NCBI GenBank assembly: GCA_013178375.1
Contig: JABLXQ010000009.1
Coordinates: 82,347-146,346 of the forward strand
Length of the DNA: 64,000 nt
Direction of reading: 5' to 3'
From: Gammaproteobacteria bacterium
GTDB taxonomy: Bacteria; Pseudomonadota; Gammaproteobacteria; Pseudomonadales; Ketobacteraceae
Position 1 is the first letter of the stretch, and each line of letters opens with the position of its first letter. The notes beneath the pieces were generated by a model that saw nothing but the letters and a program-made list of their open reading frames with translations, was not told the origin of the DNA and ran no database searches. A program made the translations under genes and the position numbers. This document shows positions 19,611-28,300 of this stretch, in pieces.

Positions 19611-20456
19611 TCAGGCGGCAGAGCGTTCGGCCGGCAGCAACAGATTGCCATCAGCATAGTGGGCTTTCCACTTTTCCGTCAGCTCACGGGTGTCTTGCTG
19701 CCAGGGATGAAAATCACGGCGGTAGAAATCGAGAAAATCCCGGCGCAACACCGCACACAGACCACCACGCCCGAACAGGAAGCGCATTCCCTCGCGCCAC
19801 ATGCTGCCGCGCCAGAGCAGCCCGTCATGGCGCAGCATGTGCACCATCCGCGTGCTGATGCGGAAACTGATCAGCGCGATGGCAAAGGTCATCCACACCA
19901 CGCGGGTGCGATAGGCGCCGTCCAGCGTTGCATACACATCCCAGGCCACCGCCTTGTGTTCGATCTCTTCCACCGAATGCCACTGCCACAGCGCTTTGAC
20001 ATGGGGATCAGCCTGCGTCATGAATTCGCCCCGCAACAGCGCCGCCGACAGAATCGACGTGAGATGCTCGCAGGAAATCGTCACCGCCAGCGCCTGCATC
20101 GGCCGCAAAAAACGGCGCAGACGCCCGGTCATGCGGTTCATGGAGCGGTCCATTGCGTCGATGTCATAACCCCAGCGCTTCATCAGCTGGTTGTACTTGG
20201 CATGCTCGCGGGAATGAAAGGCTTCCTGGCCGATGAAAGCGCTGATCTGCTTCTGCAGCTCTGGATCAGCGATCTGCTCGCGCACCTGGCGCAGGGAAAA
20301 AATGAACAGGTCCTCGCCCACCGGCAAGGTGGTGGAGAACGCATCAAAAAAATGACTGATAAACGGTGAGTCCGCGTACCAGAAGCGTGGCGTATCAGCG
20401 GGAAAATCAATGCTGACCGGGCGCGGTTTTATTTCAAGATCCTGCGGTGTTTTCAT
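19611..20456 (-). CDS. Predicted metal-dependent hydrolase family protein (PF10118-like) with ExxH pairs.
   Basis: 281 aa. QEAFHSREHAKY and VEEIEHKAVAWD carry ExxH-type metal ligands. Its start overlaps the desaturase stop by 23 nt. Confidence 0.5.
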   Translation of the reverse strand: MKTPQDLEIKPRPVSIDFPADTPRFWYADSPFISHFFDAFSTTLPVGEDLFIFSLRQVREQIADPELQKQISAFIGQEAFHSREHAKYNQLMKRWGYDIDAMDRSMNRMTGRLRRFLRPMQALAVTISCEHLTSILSAALLRGEFMTQADPHVKALWQWHSVEEIEHKAVAWDVYATLDGAYRTRVVWMTFAIALISFRISTRMVHMLRHDGLLWRGSMWREGMRFLFGRGGLCAVLRRDFLDFYRRDFHPWQQDTRELTEKWKAHYADGNLLLPAERSAA

Positions 20457-21399
20457 GGGGCGCTTCTCCGCCGCTGATCCCTGCGGCCCGGGTTTTTGTT
20501 ATGGCACCGGCGCTCTTTAGTTTGCGCTGGCGGTCTTCCTGCGACACGGTATGAATATCCCACACCCAACCCAGCTGCTCCGCCACTTTCAGCACGCCGT
20601 AGCCGTAATCGATTTGCCACCAAGCGTGGCTGTTTTTGCCGGACTTGGGAAACGCATGATGATTGTTATGCCAGGCACCGCCCAGCGTGACCAGAGCAAA
20701 ACCGGCATTGTTGCGACTGTTGTCCTTGCTGTTGTAAGGCTGCGTGCCCGCCAGATGACACAGGGAATTGATCAGGAAAGTGCCCTGCTGGGTGGCGAAC
20801 AGACGGATCACACCGCCCAGCAGAAAACCACGCAGCGCACCTTCCCAACTCATATCCCACAGGCCGCTCAGTGCAGCAGGCAACGCCAGCCCCAGCAGCA
20901 CCCAGCCATAATAGATTCGCGTTTTCGACAGCCGGGTAATGATAGGATCGCGATACAGCCACAACGCAAACTTGTCCGGCAGTGGCGGCCGGTACGACCA
21001 TTTCCACAACACCTGCGCGTGCAGAAAACCTTTCAGGCGACCCAGCACGCCTTCGCCACTGTGCAGTGGTGTGTGCGTATCCTGTGGCTGGTCGCTAAAG
21101 CGGTGGTGATGAATGTGATTGGTGGCCCAGGCGATCACCGAGCCCTGTCCGCCCATCGACGCAAACACCACCAGCAATCCTTTCAGCCAGGGCCGCACCT
21201 GAAACGCCTGGTGGGAAAAATAGCGGTGATAACCCAGCTCGATACCCACCACCGTGACGAACCACATCAGCAACAGACCCACGAGATCCACCGCCTGCAC
21301 GCCGGTACGCGCGAGCACGACGATGCCCAGCAGCGCGCCCAGAAACGGCACCACATCCAGCAGAATGAAATGCCGTTTTTGCATGGCGGAGATATTCAT
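20434..21399 (-). CDS. Membrane acyl-lipid/acyl-CoA desaturase (fatty acid desaturase family).
   Basis: Three His boxes, HRYFSH, HHHRF and HNNHHAF, plus 4 TM helices. This is the stearoyl-CoA/DesA-type architecture. Confidence 0.85.
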   Translation of the reverse strand: MNISAMQKRHFILLDVVPFLGALLGIVVLARTGVQAVDLVGLLLMWFVTVVGIELGYHRYFSHQAFQVRPWLKGLLVVFASMGGQGSVIAWATNHIHHHRFSDQPQDTHTPLHSGEGVLGRLKGFLHAQVLWKWSYRPPLPDKFALWLYRDPIITRLSKTRIYYGWVLLGLALPAALSGLWDMSWEGALRGFLLGGVIRLFATQQGTFLINSLCHLAGTQPYNSKDNSRNNAGFALVTLGGAWHNNHHAFPKSGKNSHAWWQIDYGYGVLKVAEQLGWVWDIHTVSQEDRQRKLKSAGAITKTRAAGISGGEAPHENTAGS

Positions 21400-21427
21400 G
21401 GCGTTTCCTCCAGCAGCGACGCTGCGA

Positions 21428-21655
21428 TCAGGCCAGCTTGGCCGTCACTACATCCAGCAACTGGGACACACTGACGACGCCATCCAGATCTTCCTGCACC
21501 AGGGTGATATCAAGCTCTTCCTGCAGCTCCACCACGGTTTCGATCAGCACGAAGGAATCCGCCACCAGATCGGTGAGGCGTGCATTTTCCGTTACCCGTG
21601 CCGCGTCGATCTTCAGCAGTTTTGCCAGCAGGGCGGTCAGTTCATTGCGTTGCAT
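21428..21655 (-). CDS. Acyl carrier protein (carrier 2).
   Basis: 75 aa, acidic. LTDLVADSFVLIETVVELQEE carries the DSxxxxE phosphopantetheine-attachment motif. Confidence 0.8.
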   Translation of the reverse strand: MQRNELTALLAKLLKIDAARVTENARLTDLVADSFVLIETVVELQEELDITLVQEDLDGVVSVSQLLDVVTAKLA

Positions 21656-21685
21656 TTTTCGTTACTCCGATATAAAAAAATTTGC

Positions 21686-21805
21686 TGAACGATTAAGGAT
21701 GCGATTGCCCATCAAGAAACGCTGCAAGTACACCCCTGTAAGCTCGACAGCGGCCTTCCATGGCCGCTGACATTCTTGATGGGCAATCGCATCCTTGATC
21801 GTTCA
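21686..21805 (-). repeat. 120-bp structured element: 33-bp near-perfect inverted-repeat arms around a 7-bp-stem inner hairpin.
   Basis: Arm 1 is 21686..21718 (TGAACGATTAAGGATGCGATTGCCCATCAAGAA). Arm 2 is 21773..21805, its reverse complement with one mismatch. The inner hairpin is CAGCGGCC-ttccat-GGCCGCTG at 21748..21769. It lies between the ferritin-like and ACP genes. Confidence 0.85.
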
Positions 21806-21816
21806 ACAGCAAATAT

Positions 21817-22380
21817 TCAAAACGCGTAATTCTGCTTGTCGAGAATATGGCCTATCCGTTCACCGTGTTCGGCGATCATGCGGCCATAGACTTCCTCATC
21901 CGCCTTGCGGAAGCGCTCGCAGGTATTCTTCACCCGCTCGGCGCCAAATTTCTCTTCCATCTGCTTGAGTGCATCGCCCACCCACTGGATGTGCCACTTC
22001 TCATCTTCCATGATGGTGTTGAGCGCATGCTGCACCGCCGGATGAATGTCGCGCACACGGGAATGACGGGCGTACTGGGAAATCACACGGCGTTCGAACA
22101 CCATGGTCAGCGCCAGAATCTCCATAATGTTGGTGGGCATGCCCGCCGCTTCCAGGTAATGATCCTGGTAGGCGAACGTCATCTTGATCGGGTCCAGATT
22201 CATGTCGCCCAGGGCCTTGGTCCAGTACCAGGCGTGCTGGCTTTCGTCGGCAAAATGCTTGGTGAGGTCGAACTGGATCGGCCCCGCGGGCAACACCCGC
22301 GCCAGACGGCTGAAAAACTGCGCGCCGGAAATTTCGGAATTGCGGTAAAAGCTGACGATCCAGCGATCGTTGTCATTCAT
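21817..22380 (-). CDS. Ferritin-like superfamily protein (putative small di-iron oxygenase subunit).
   Basis: 187 aa. Two ExxH motifs, ADESQHAWYW and MEDEKWHIQW, spaced about 90 aa apart as in four-helix-bundle di-iron proteins. Confidence 0.5.
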   Translation of the reverse strand: MNDNDRWIVSFYRNSEISGAQFFSRLARVLPAGPIQFDLTKHFADESQHAWYWTKALGDMNLDPIKMTFAYQDHYLEAAGMPTNIMEILALTMVFERRVISQYARHSRVRDIHPAVQHALNTIMEDEKWHIQWVGDALKQMEEKFGAERVKNTCERFRKADEEVYGRMIAEHGERIGHILDKQNYAF

Positions 22381-22391
22381 GGTCCATCTCC

Positions 22392-22970
22392 TTATCCGTT
22401 GTGCAGGGCGAATGCCGCTGACAACACTCCTCCGGGAATTTCGATACTGATGTAACGGAAATGCTGCACCCGGCCACCGGCGCGCACACGGGCGGTGCCG
22501 CTGCGACGGTTCGGGTAATCTAGTTCGTACGCGGTAACCCAGCGCTGCTGACCACCCAGATCAGCCTTGAACAGCGCTTCTTTCACCGTCCAGATCCGCA
22601 GCAGGTCACGGCCATTCGCCGCACCCAGTTGCGCATCCTCGCGCCGGGTCAGCATCAACCGGCGATGACGTTCATCCAGCGGACGCCAGGGTTCGAAATC
22701 CAGCCCGACGCCACGATAGGGCGATTGCCGCAGTGCCAGCGCAAAAGTGCGATCGCCTGCATGCGTTAGCGAATGGTCGGCCTGGGCACTGCGCAGCGGG
22801 CCTTCCGGTGCACGCCCCAGCCACTGTCGAGCCGCGCGCAGCAAACGCGCACTGCCGCCGCTGGTCGCAGCTGCGTGCGCCGACCACAACCGCGCATCCA
22901 CATCCGCGAAGTGCGTCAAGCGTTGTTCCAGCGCACCCAGCCGTTGCAGCATCAGACTTCTCTGCCCCAC
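22392..22970 (-). CDS. 4'-phosphopantetheinyl transferase (Sfp/EntD type).
   Basis: The PPTase motifs GVGLDFE (G-x-D) and WTVKEALFKA (W-x-KEA-x-K) are present. Its start overlaps the R-domain gene stop by 19 nt. Confidence 0.85.
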   Translation of the reverse strand: MGQRSLMLQRLGALEQRLTHFADVDARLWSAHAAATSGGSARLLRAARQWLGRAPEGPLRSAQADHSLTHAGDRTFALALRQSPYRGVGLDFEPWRPLDERHRRLMLTRREDAQLGAANGRDLLRIWTVKEALFKADLGGQQRWVTAYELDYPNRRSGTARVRAGGRVQHFRYISIEIPGGVLSAAFALHNG

Positions 22971-24049
22971 TTGGTATTCACCAGGTACTGCACCGTGTTG
23001 CGCACCAGCGTTTCCGGATCGGGCGCACGATAGCGGTCGATGGACCCGCGCAATTGATCATTATGAAACTGCTTGGTGACAAACATCTGCGGCGCAAACG
23101 GGCGAATGCTTTCCACCGCCTGGGACACCACCTGTCCCGACAGCCCGCTCAACCCTTCCGCCAGCAGCTCAAACGATTCGAAATCCGTAAACAGCGGCCG
23201 CAGGATGCGACGCTTGCGAAAACCTTCGTCGTTGCCGAACACTTCAAAACAGATATCCACCAGTCGTCCGATGGGCAGCGATTCCTCGCGGCGATGGCAA
23301 ACGTGGAAGAACTGGCGCTCCGGCACCGCCTTCACACTCAGCTCGGCAATCGCATCCGCCACGAATTCGCCGGTCACCAGATAGATCGGCGTTTCCTCGG
23401 TACCGGGCAGCATGGAAATCAATCCATAAAACAGCAGCCGCATGGTGTTGTGGAATACGTTGTACTGGGTGACGTCGCCGGCGTCGTTGTGGGCCAGCAC
23501 AGTGGCCACGCGGTAGATGTGCCAGGGCAGATCGCCGTATTCATTCTGCAGAATCGCTTCCGCCTCGCACTTGGAGCGCTCGTAGTGATTGGCAAACGGG
23601 CCTGCTGCGGGCAACGGCTGCTCCTTGATATCGCCTTGCACCAAACCAGCAGCATAGGCCGTGCTCACATAACAGAAGCGCCGCAACTGCGGACACTGGC
23701 GCGCAAACGCCAGCATCTTGCGGGTGCCGTCCCGGTTCACGGCATTGGCTACGTCTTCCTTCACATTGAAGGCGGTGACAGCAGCGGCGTGCACGATGCG
23801 ATCCACCTGCTGCGGATTCACCGTGGCGAACGGCGCATCGCCGTACAGATTGCCGGTATGAATTTCAATGCGGGCACGCTGTGCCGCATACTTCTGTTCC
23901 AGCTGCGCCTGTTTGCGTGCAAACTCTTCCGCGTCGTTCGACCGCACCCACAGCAGCAATTGCGCATCGGTGTTGGCCAGCAGGCGATCGCAGACCATGC
24001 CGCCGATATAGCCGTCGGCGCCGGTTACCAGAATCCGTTCTGACGTCAT
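22952..24049 (-). CDS. Thioester-reductase (R) domain protein, SDR/NAD-epimerase fold.
   Basis: MTSERILVTGADGYIGGMV is a Rossmann GxxGxxG. YERSKCEAE is the catalytic YxxxK. The length and layout match terminal NRPS/PKS reductase domains and fatty acyl-CoA reductases. The ATG at 24049 lies 1 nt after the carrier-protein stop. Confidence 0.75.
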   Translation of the reverse strand: MTSERILVTGADGYIGGMVCDRLLANTDAQLLLWVRSNDAEEFARKQAQLEQKYAAQRARIEIHTGNLYGDAPFATVNPQQVDRIVHAAAVTAFNVKEDVANAVNRDGTRKMLAFARQCPQLRRFCYVSTAYAAGLVQGDIKEQPLPAAGPFANHYERSKCEAEAILQNEYGDLPWHIYRVATVLAHNDAGDVTQYNVFHNTMRLLFYGLISMLPGTEETPIYLVTGEFVADAIAELSVKAVPERQFFHVCHRREESLPIGRLVDICFEVFGNDEGFRKRRILRPLFTDFESFELLAEGLSGLSGQVVSQAVESIRPFAPQMFVTKQFHNDQLRGSIDRYRAPDPETLVRNTVQYLVNTKWGREV

Positions 24050-24050
24050 T

Positions 24051-24299
24051 TCACACCGCCTCGGCAAAAAATGCGGCGCAGATGGTATTCACGGAATGGA
24101 AATTTTCCGGTTGCACCTGATCGATATCCAGCGGACGTTCCTGCAAATGTTCCAGAAACAGAATCAGATCCATGATCTGGATCGAGGTCAGAATTTTCTG
24201 TTCCAGCAACGCGGTGTCATCCTGCAGCGCAGCGGCATTCACCTGCGGGTTTTTGGCCAGAATCCAGTCTCGAATCCGGGTTTTTACGGTGCTACTCAT
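24051..24299 (-). CDS. Carrier protein (PCP/ACP-like; carrier 1).
   Basis: 82 aa with a 4-helix carrier layout. The attachment Ser is in KILTSIQIMDLILFLE. Its ATG overlaps the oxygenase stop (ATGA). Confidence 0.65.
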   Translation of the reverse strand: MSSTVKTRIRDWILAKNPQVNAAALQDDTALLEQKILTSIQIMDLILFLEHLQERPLDIDQVQPENFHSVNTICAAFFAEAV

Positions 24300-25159
24300 A
24301 CAGCAGGCGCCTCAGTCATCATGCGGTTTTCCAGGAAATAATCGATGCAGCTTTTTGACACAGCCTGGCGGTGGGCACGACACACTGGCGCATCCCACGC
24401 TTTCTGATACAGCGCATAGCCATTGTCCAAACCTGCGTCTGCGTACACCGCCGGGTTGTAATACTCACGCCAGGTGGACACCATGTAATTGGCAAGATAC
24501 GACTGCACCCCCGCCACCGTCTCCGGTTTCCAGGTGGGCGCCCATTGCTCGAACAGTTTTTTCGACAGCTCGCGGCCAAACGCCAGATGACGGGATTCGT
24601 CGTTGTGGTGATATTGATTGATATGCTGCGCCAGTGGATGCAGTCGCTCGTCCTTGCCCATCGCCAGATTGTAGTGATCCACCAGTTCCTCGAAGATCAC
24701 CACCTTGGCGAAAAACAGAAAATCCGCCTCGCCTTTTTCATACTTGCGCGGAAAACTCAGCTTCTTGTCCGGATACACCTTTTTGCCGTAACGATGGCAG
24801 AAGGTACCGAACACTGTCATGTGCTTGTTTTCTTCATCAAGAAAATGGTGCAGGTATTCCGACAGCTCCGGCGACCAGTCCATGTAATACAGATGCTCGG
24901 CCAGTCCGCCGATCAGCGCTTTTTCACCGTGAATATTCAGGCCGAAAAAATTAACCGTTTCCCAGAATGCCAGTTTTTTCTGCTGCGCCTCGCTTAAAGC
25001 AGCAAATTCTTCCAGGCCATAAATGGAAATGAGTTCCGGGGAAAAATGCCAGTCATCCAGGCTCAATGCATCCGGCCACTGGAATTCCTCATAAGGGCTG
25101 TTATAGCGTTTGACGGAAGCGTCACTCAGCTTGCGGGCGATTTTGGCGAGGCGTTCCAT
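24296..25159 (-). CDS. AurF-like di-iron N-oxygenase family protein (PvfB/HamC-like arylamine/amine oxygenase).
   Basis: 287 aa with the ExxH ligand sets FLDEENKHMTVF and HNDESRHLAFG and an extra carboxylate in VIFEELVDHY. Soluble, with a W/F-rich N-terminus as in the AurF/CmlI family. Family assignment is from motif memory, not a search. Confidence 0.6.
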   Translation of the reverse strand: MERLAKIARKLSDASVKRYNSPYEEFQWPDALSLDDWHFSPELISIYGLEEFAALSEAQQKKLAFWETVNFFGLNIHGEKALIGGLAEHLYYMDWSPELSEYLHHFLDEENKHMTVFGTFCHRYGKKVYPDKKLSFPRKYEKGEADFLFFAKVVIFEELVDHYNLAMGKDERLHPLAQHINQYHHNDESRHLAFGRELSKKLFEQWAPTWKPETVAGVQSYLANYMVSTWREYYNPAVYADAGLDNGYALYQKAWDAPVCRAHRQAVSKSCIDYFLENRMMTEAPAV

Positions 25160-26136
25160 CAGTCAGCTACCTTTTCCAGCAGAATACAGGACCAGTTCAA
25201 ACCGAATCCTGCCATCGGCAGCAGGATCTTGTCGCCGGGCTGAATCTGGCCCTCGGACTGCACGGTTTTCAGATTGATGATGTTGTCGCCGGAAATGCAG
25301 TGGCCGGCAGTACCGATGGTGGGCATCAAAATGCGTTGGAAATCGAAGCGCAGCACGCTGGACAAAATGCGCCACGCCTTGCGGTTGGTGTTCTGGGGCA
25401 CGATCCACTGCACATCCGCCGGGGTGATGCCGGCCTTGCGGCACAGCTCGGTGATCATGCGGTGGCTGTAGCTGAAATAGAAGCCAGCGGTTTCCTCGTC
25501 ATTGGCCGTGGCCATGGCGCCGTTGGTGATGTGGTGGGCGCCCAGGAAGCGGTAACCCCGCGCCTCACGGCTGACGATACAGGCGGCACCGCCGTCGGAG
25601 ATCAGGTTGTAGGCCTGCTCATAGGCAGCGCCTTGGGGAAAACGGTCGGCAGTGATGCAGAGGATATGCTGCATGTCCGGTTCCGCCTGCAGCATTGCGC
25701 TGGCCACGCGGATCGAACCGAGCATGCCGGTGCAGGCCTGCTGGTTGATGCCCATGACATAGGCGTTGTCCATGCCAAAATCCGCCTGTAGGCGGCTGGC
25801 GGGAAAATCCATCAGGTGTTTGACGTCGCGGCTGCTCTCAAACTGGTGCACATCGCCGTTGTTGCCGTTCAGGGGCAGGCAGGTGACATACAGGATCAGA
25901 TCAATTTTGGGCAGCAGATCCCGGGTTTCCGGGTAAGTGGTGAGCATGTCATCCAGAGCACCCCGCGCCAGATCGTAGGCGCTTTCGCCCTCGGGGCAGA
26001 CATGGTGGGTACCAAAACCGGCATCCTCCAGCGCACTGGCAGCCGAGAACAGGCCGTTGGCCGCCTCGGCTTCCGCCAGGGTACGACGCTGGCTGCCCAG
26101 CCGGAAAGCGGGGAAATTCAGATAGATGTCCTTCAT
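25159..26136 (-). CDS. FabH-like (KAS III family) enzyme: condensing enzyme or ACP-dependent acyltransferase.
   Basis: Thiolase-fold. The active-site Cys is in GINQQACTGMLGS. The region expected to hold the FabH His/Asn reads IVPQNTNRKAW / TAGHCISGDN instead of PHQAN / GNTSAAS. Its stop and the downstream ATG share one nucleotide (TGATG). Confidence 0.7.
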   Translation of the reverse strand: MKDIYLNFPAFRLGSQRRTLAEAEAANGLFSAASALEDAGFGTHHVCPEGESAYDLARGALDDMLTTYPETRDLLPKIDLILYVTCLPLNGNNGDVHQFESSRDVKHLMDFPASRLQADFGMDNAYVMGINQQACTGMLGSIRVASAMLQAEPDMQHILCITADRFPQGAAYEQAYNLISDGGAACIVSREARGYRFLGAHHITNGAMATANDEETAGFYFSYSHRMITELCRKAGITPADVQWIVPQNTNRKAWRILSSVLRFDFQRILMPTIGTAGHCISGDNIINLKTVQSEGQIQPGDKILLPMAGFGLNWSCILLEKVAD

Positions 26137-26525
26137 GTACTACGTCCTTTATACGTCAGAGACCGCTTTTGCTCATCGCCGATCAAGCACTTGAAACGAA
26201 CAAAATCGAACGCGATTGGTTAATAATAGTGCAATTCCCAACATGTTGTTCAAATATTAGCCATATCTGGGAGTGGCAAGTGCAGATGTAGCCAGCGGTG
26301 AAACGCCCGGCAATGTTCGTCATTTCCCGACCGGCAGTCAATTAACGGTAAAAAAACGCTACAAATCCCAGCCTAAACAAAACATTGTGGCAGCATCATG
26401 AAATCCGCTCCCGTTACAATGGCTAACAAATCACTCAAGAATATGCACAAGTCCCGCCACGCAAGAATGGATATCCTTAGACACTCAACTTTCATTGATT
26501 GACCATTTTTTGGGCGGATAACGAC

Positions 26526-28256
26526 ATGGATCGTTCAATTTTTAGTATCAAAAAGGAAAGTCCTGTTGCGGATTCCCTGAAATCATTTTCGTTTTCGAAC
26601 CTTTTGCAGGCCGCCGCAGTTGAATATGGCCGCTTTCCCGCCTTTTCTGACCGCAGCGGGGGCCTCTGGCGCAGCCTGGACTTTCGCAATTGCGCCCGCC
26701 GCAGCAATGCCATCGCCTACTGGCTGGAGCAGAAACGGCTCAATACACGCTGCATGATCTTTGCCGAATCCCGTCTGGAGTGGCCGCTGGCCTTCTTCGG
26801 CATCATGAATGCCGGCGCCGTGGCCATTCCGGTGGACGCCAAGTCCACCGCCCAGGAACTGGCCACCTTCATCCGCCACACCCAGCCGGCCGTGCTGATG
26901 CTGTCGCCCAAGCTTCAGGGCGTGGCGGAGCAGGCGGCGGAACTGGCACAGTGGCAGGGTCCGCTGGTGCTGCTGGATCTGGACAACCAGCGCGACAGCC
27001 GCGCCATCGGCACCTTCGAAACCGCCCCCGCCAGTTTTCGCCCCCATTCGCTGAGCGCCAATTCCACCGCCGTGATCGCGTTCACTTCGGCCACGTCAGG
27101 TCAGCCCAAGGCGGTGGAGACAAGCGTGCGCAACCTGTTCCACCAGATGCAGTCGCTGCGCGACCTGTTCGGTGTGAAGCCCGGCGATGCACTGCTGTCG
27201 ATCCTGCCGCTGAGCCATCTGCTGGAATTGTCCTGCGGCTTTCTGGCGGCGTTCGCCAGCGGCGCCCACATCAATTACCTGAATTCGATCCTGCCCAACG
27301 AAATCAAGGATGCGCTGAAGCAGCGGGGCATCACCCACATGATCGTGGTGCCGCTGTTGATGGACATGATTCGCAAGGGCATCGAGCGCAACTTCACCAC
27401 CAAACTCGGCACGCGGGGCGCAACCGTGCTGCAGGGCATGCAGCTGGCATCCAGCCTGGCGCCGACCAATCCGATGCGGCGTTTTCTGAACCGTTTCATC
27501 CTCAGCGAGCTGGGGCCGAAACTGAACACACTGATCGTGGGCGGCGCCACACTCGACCCGTCCACACTCACCTTTTTCAACAACCTGGGCATCAGTTCCT
27601 GGCAAGGCTATGGCCTCACCGAAACCAGCCCGGTGGCGGCGGTGAATTCACCCGGACAGATCAAGCGTGGCTCGGTGGGTCGCGCCATGCCGGGCTGCAG
27701 CATCCGCATCGAGGCGGCGCCGGGGGAAAAAATCGGCGAGATCCTGATTAAAGGCCCCTGCATCATGAACGGCTATTTCAATGACCGCGCCTACACCCGC
27801 GAGGCAATCGACCAGCAGGACTGGTTCCACACCGGCGATCTGGGCTATGTCTGCGACGACGGTTACCTGTTCATCACCGGCCGCAAGAAAAACCTGATCG
27901 TGCTCGATGGCGGCAAGAAGGTGTATCCGGAAGAGGTGGAGAAAGCGCTGTCCGCCAGCCTGCTGTTCCAGGAGCTGTGCGTAACCGGCCTGAAGGTACC
28001 GCATCCATCCATGCCGGGCAAACTGACCGAACAGGTGAGTGCGGTGATCGTGCCCCAGGCCCAGCTGCGGGAATCGAAAAATCTGGCGGATCTGCAAACG
28101 TTGTGCGAACAGGAAGTGCAGCGCCTGTGTCGCGAGCTGTCGTCTTACAAGCGGCCGGTGCAGGTGATCGTACAACTGGAAGAACTGCCCAAAACCCGCA
28201 CCGGCAAGGTGAAAGCGCCGCTGGTGCAGCAACAACTGTCGGCTTCGCATTCGTAA
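26526..28256 (+). CDS. Fatty acyl-AMP ligase / long-chain acyl-CoA synthetase (ANL superfamily).
   Basis: AFTSATSGQPKAV (A3), YGLTETS (A5), WFHTGDLG (A7), GRKKNLIVLDGGKKVYPEEVE (A8) and LPKTRTGKV (A10). The ATG at 26526 lies 27 nt inside the listed TTG-start ORF 26499..28256. It is divergent from the KASIII operon. Confidence 0.8.
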   Translation: MDRSIFSIKKESPVADSLKSFSFSNLLQAAAVEYGRFPAFSDRSGGLWRSLDFRNCARRSNAIAYWLEQKRLNTRCMIFAESRLEWPLAFFGIMNAGAVAIPVDAKSTAQELATFIRHTQPAVLMLSPKLQGVAEQAAELAQWQGPLVLLDLDNQRDSRAIGTFETAPASFRPHSLSANSTAVIAFTSATSGQPKAVETSVRNLFHQMQSLRDLFGVKPGDALLSILPLSHLLELSCGFLAAFASGAHINYLNSILPNEIKDALKQRGITHMIVVPLLMDMIRKGIERNFTTKLGTRGATVLQGMQLASSLAPTNPMRRFLNRFILSELGPKLNTLIVGGATLDPSTLTFFNNLGISSWQGYGLTETSPVAAVNSPGQIKRGSVGRAMPGCSIRIEAAPGEKIGEILIKGPCIMNGYFNDRAYTREAIDQQDWFHTGDLGYVCDDGYLFITGRKKNLIVLDGGKKVYPEEVEKALSASLLFQELCVTGLKVPHPSMPGKLTEQVSAVIVPQAQLRESKNLADLQTLCEQEVQRLCRELSSYKRPVQVIVQLEELPKTRTGKVKAPLVQQQLSASHS

Positions 28257-28300
28257 TTTCGCATTCGTAACGGTTAATCATCATAGGGAAGGAGTACTGC

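Noticed and set aside
22733-24043. 436-aa +ORF.
   Set aside because: It is antisense to the PPTase and R-domain genes, which show GxD, WxxKEA, GxxGxxG and YxxxK motifs and translational coupling.
26270-26295. Possible sigma-54 promoter TGGCAAGTGCAGATGT in the KASIII / acyl-AMP-ligase divergent region.
   Set aside because: The -12 element does not fit TTGCW and no EBP-type activator is nearby, so I do not call it.
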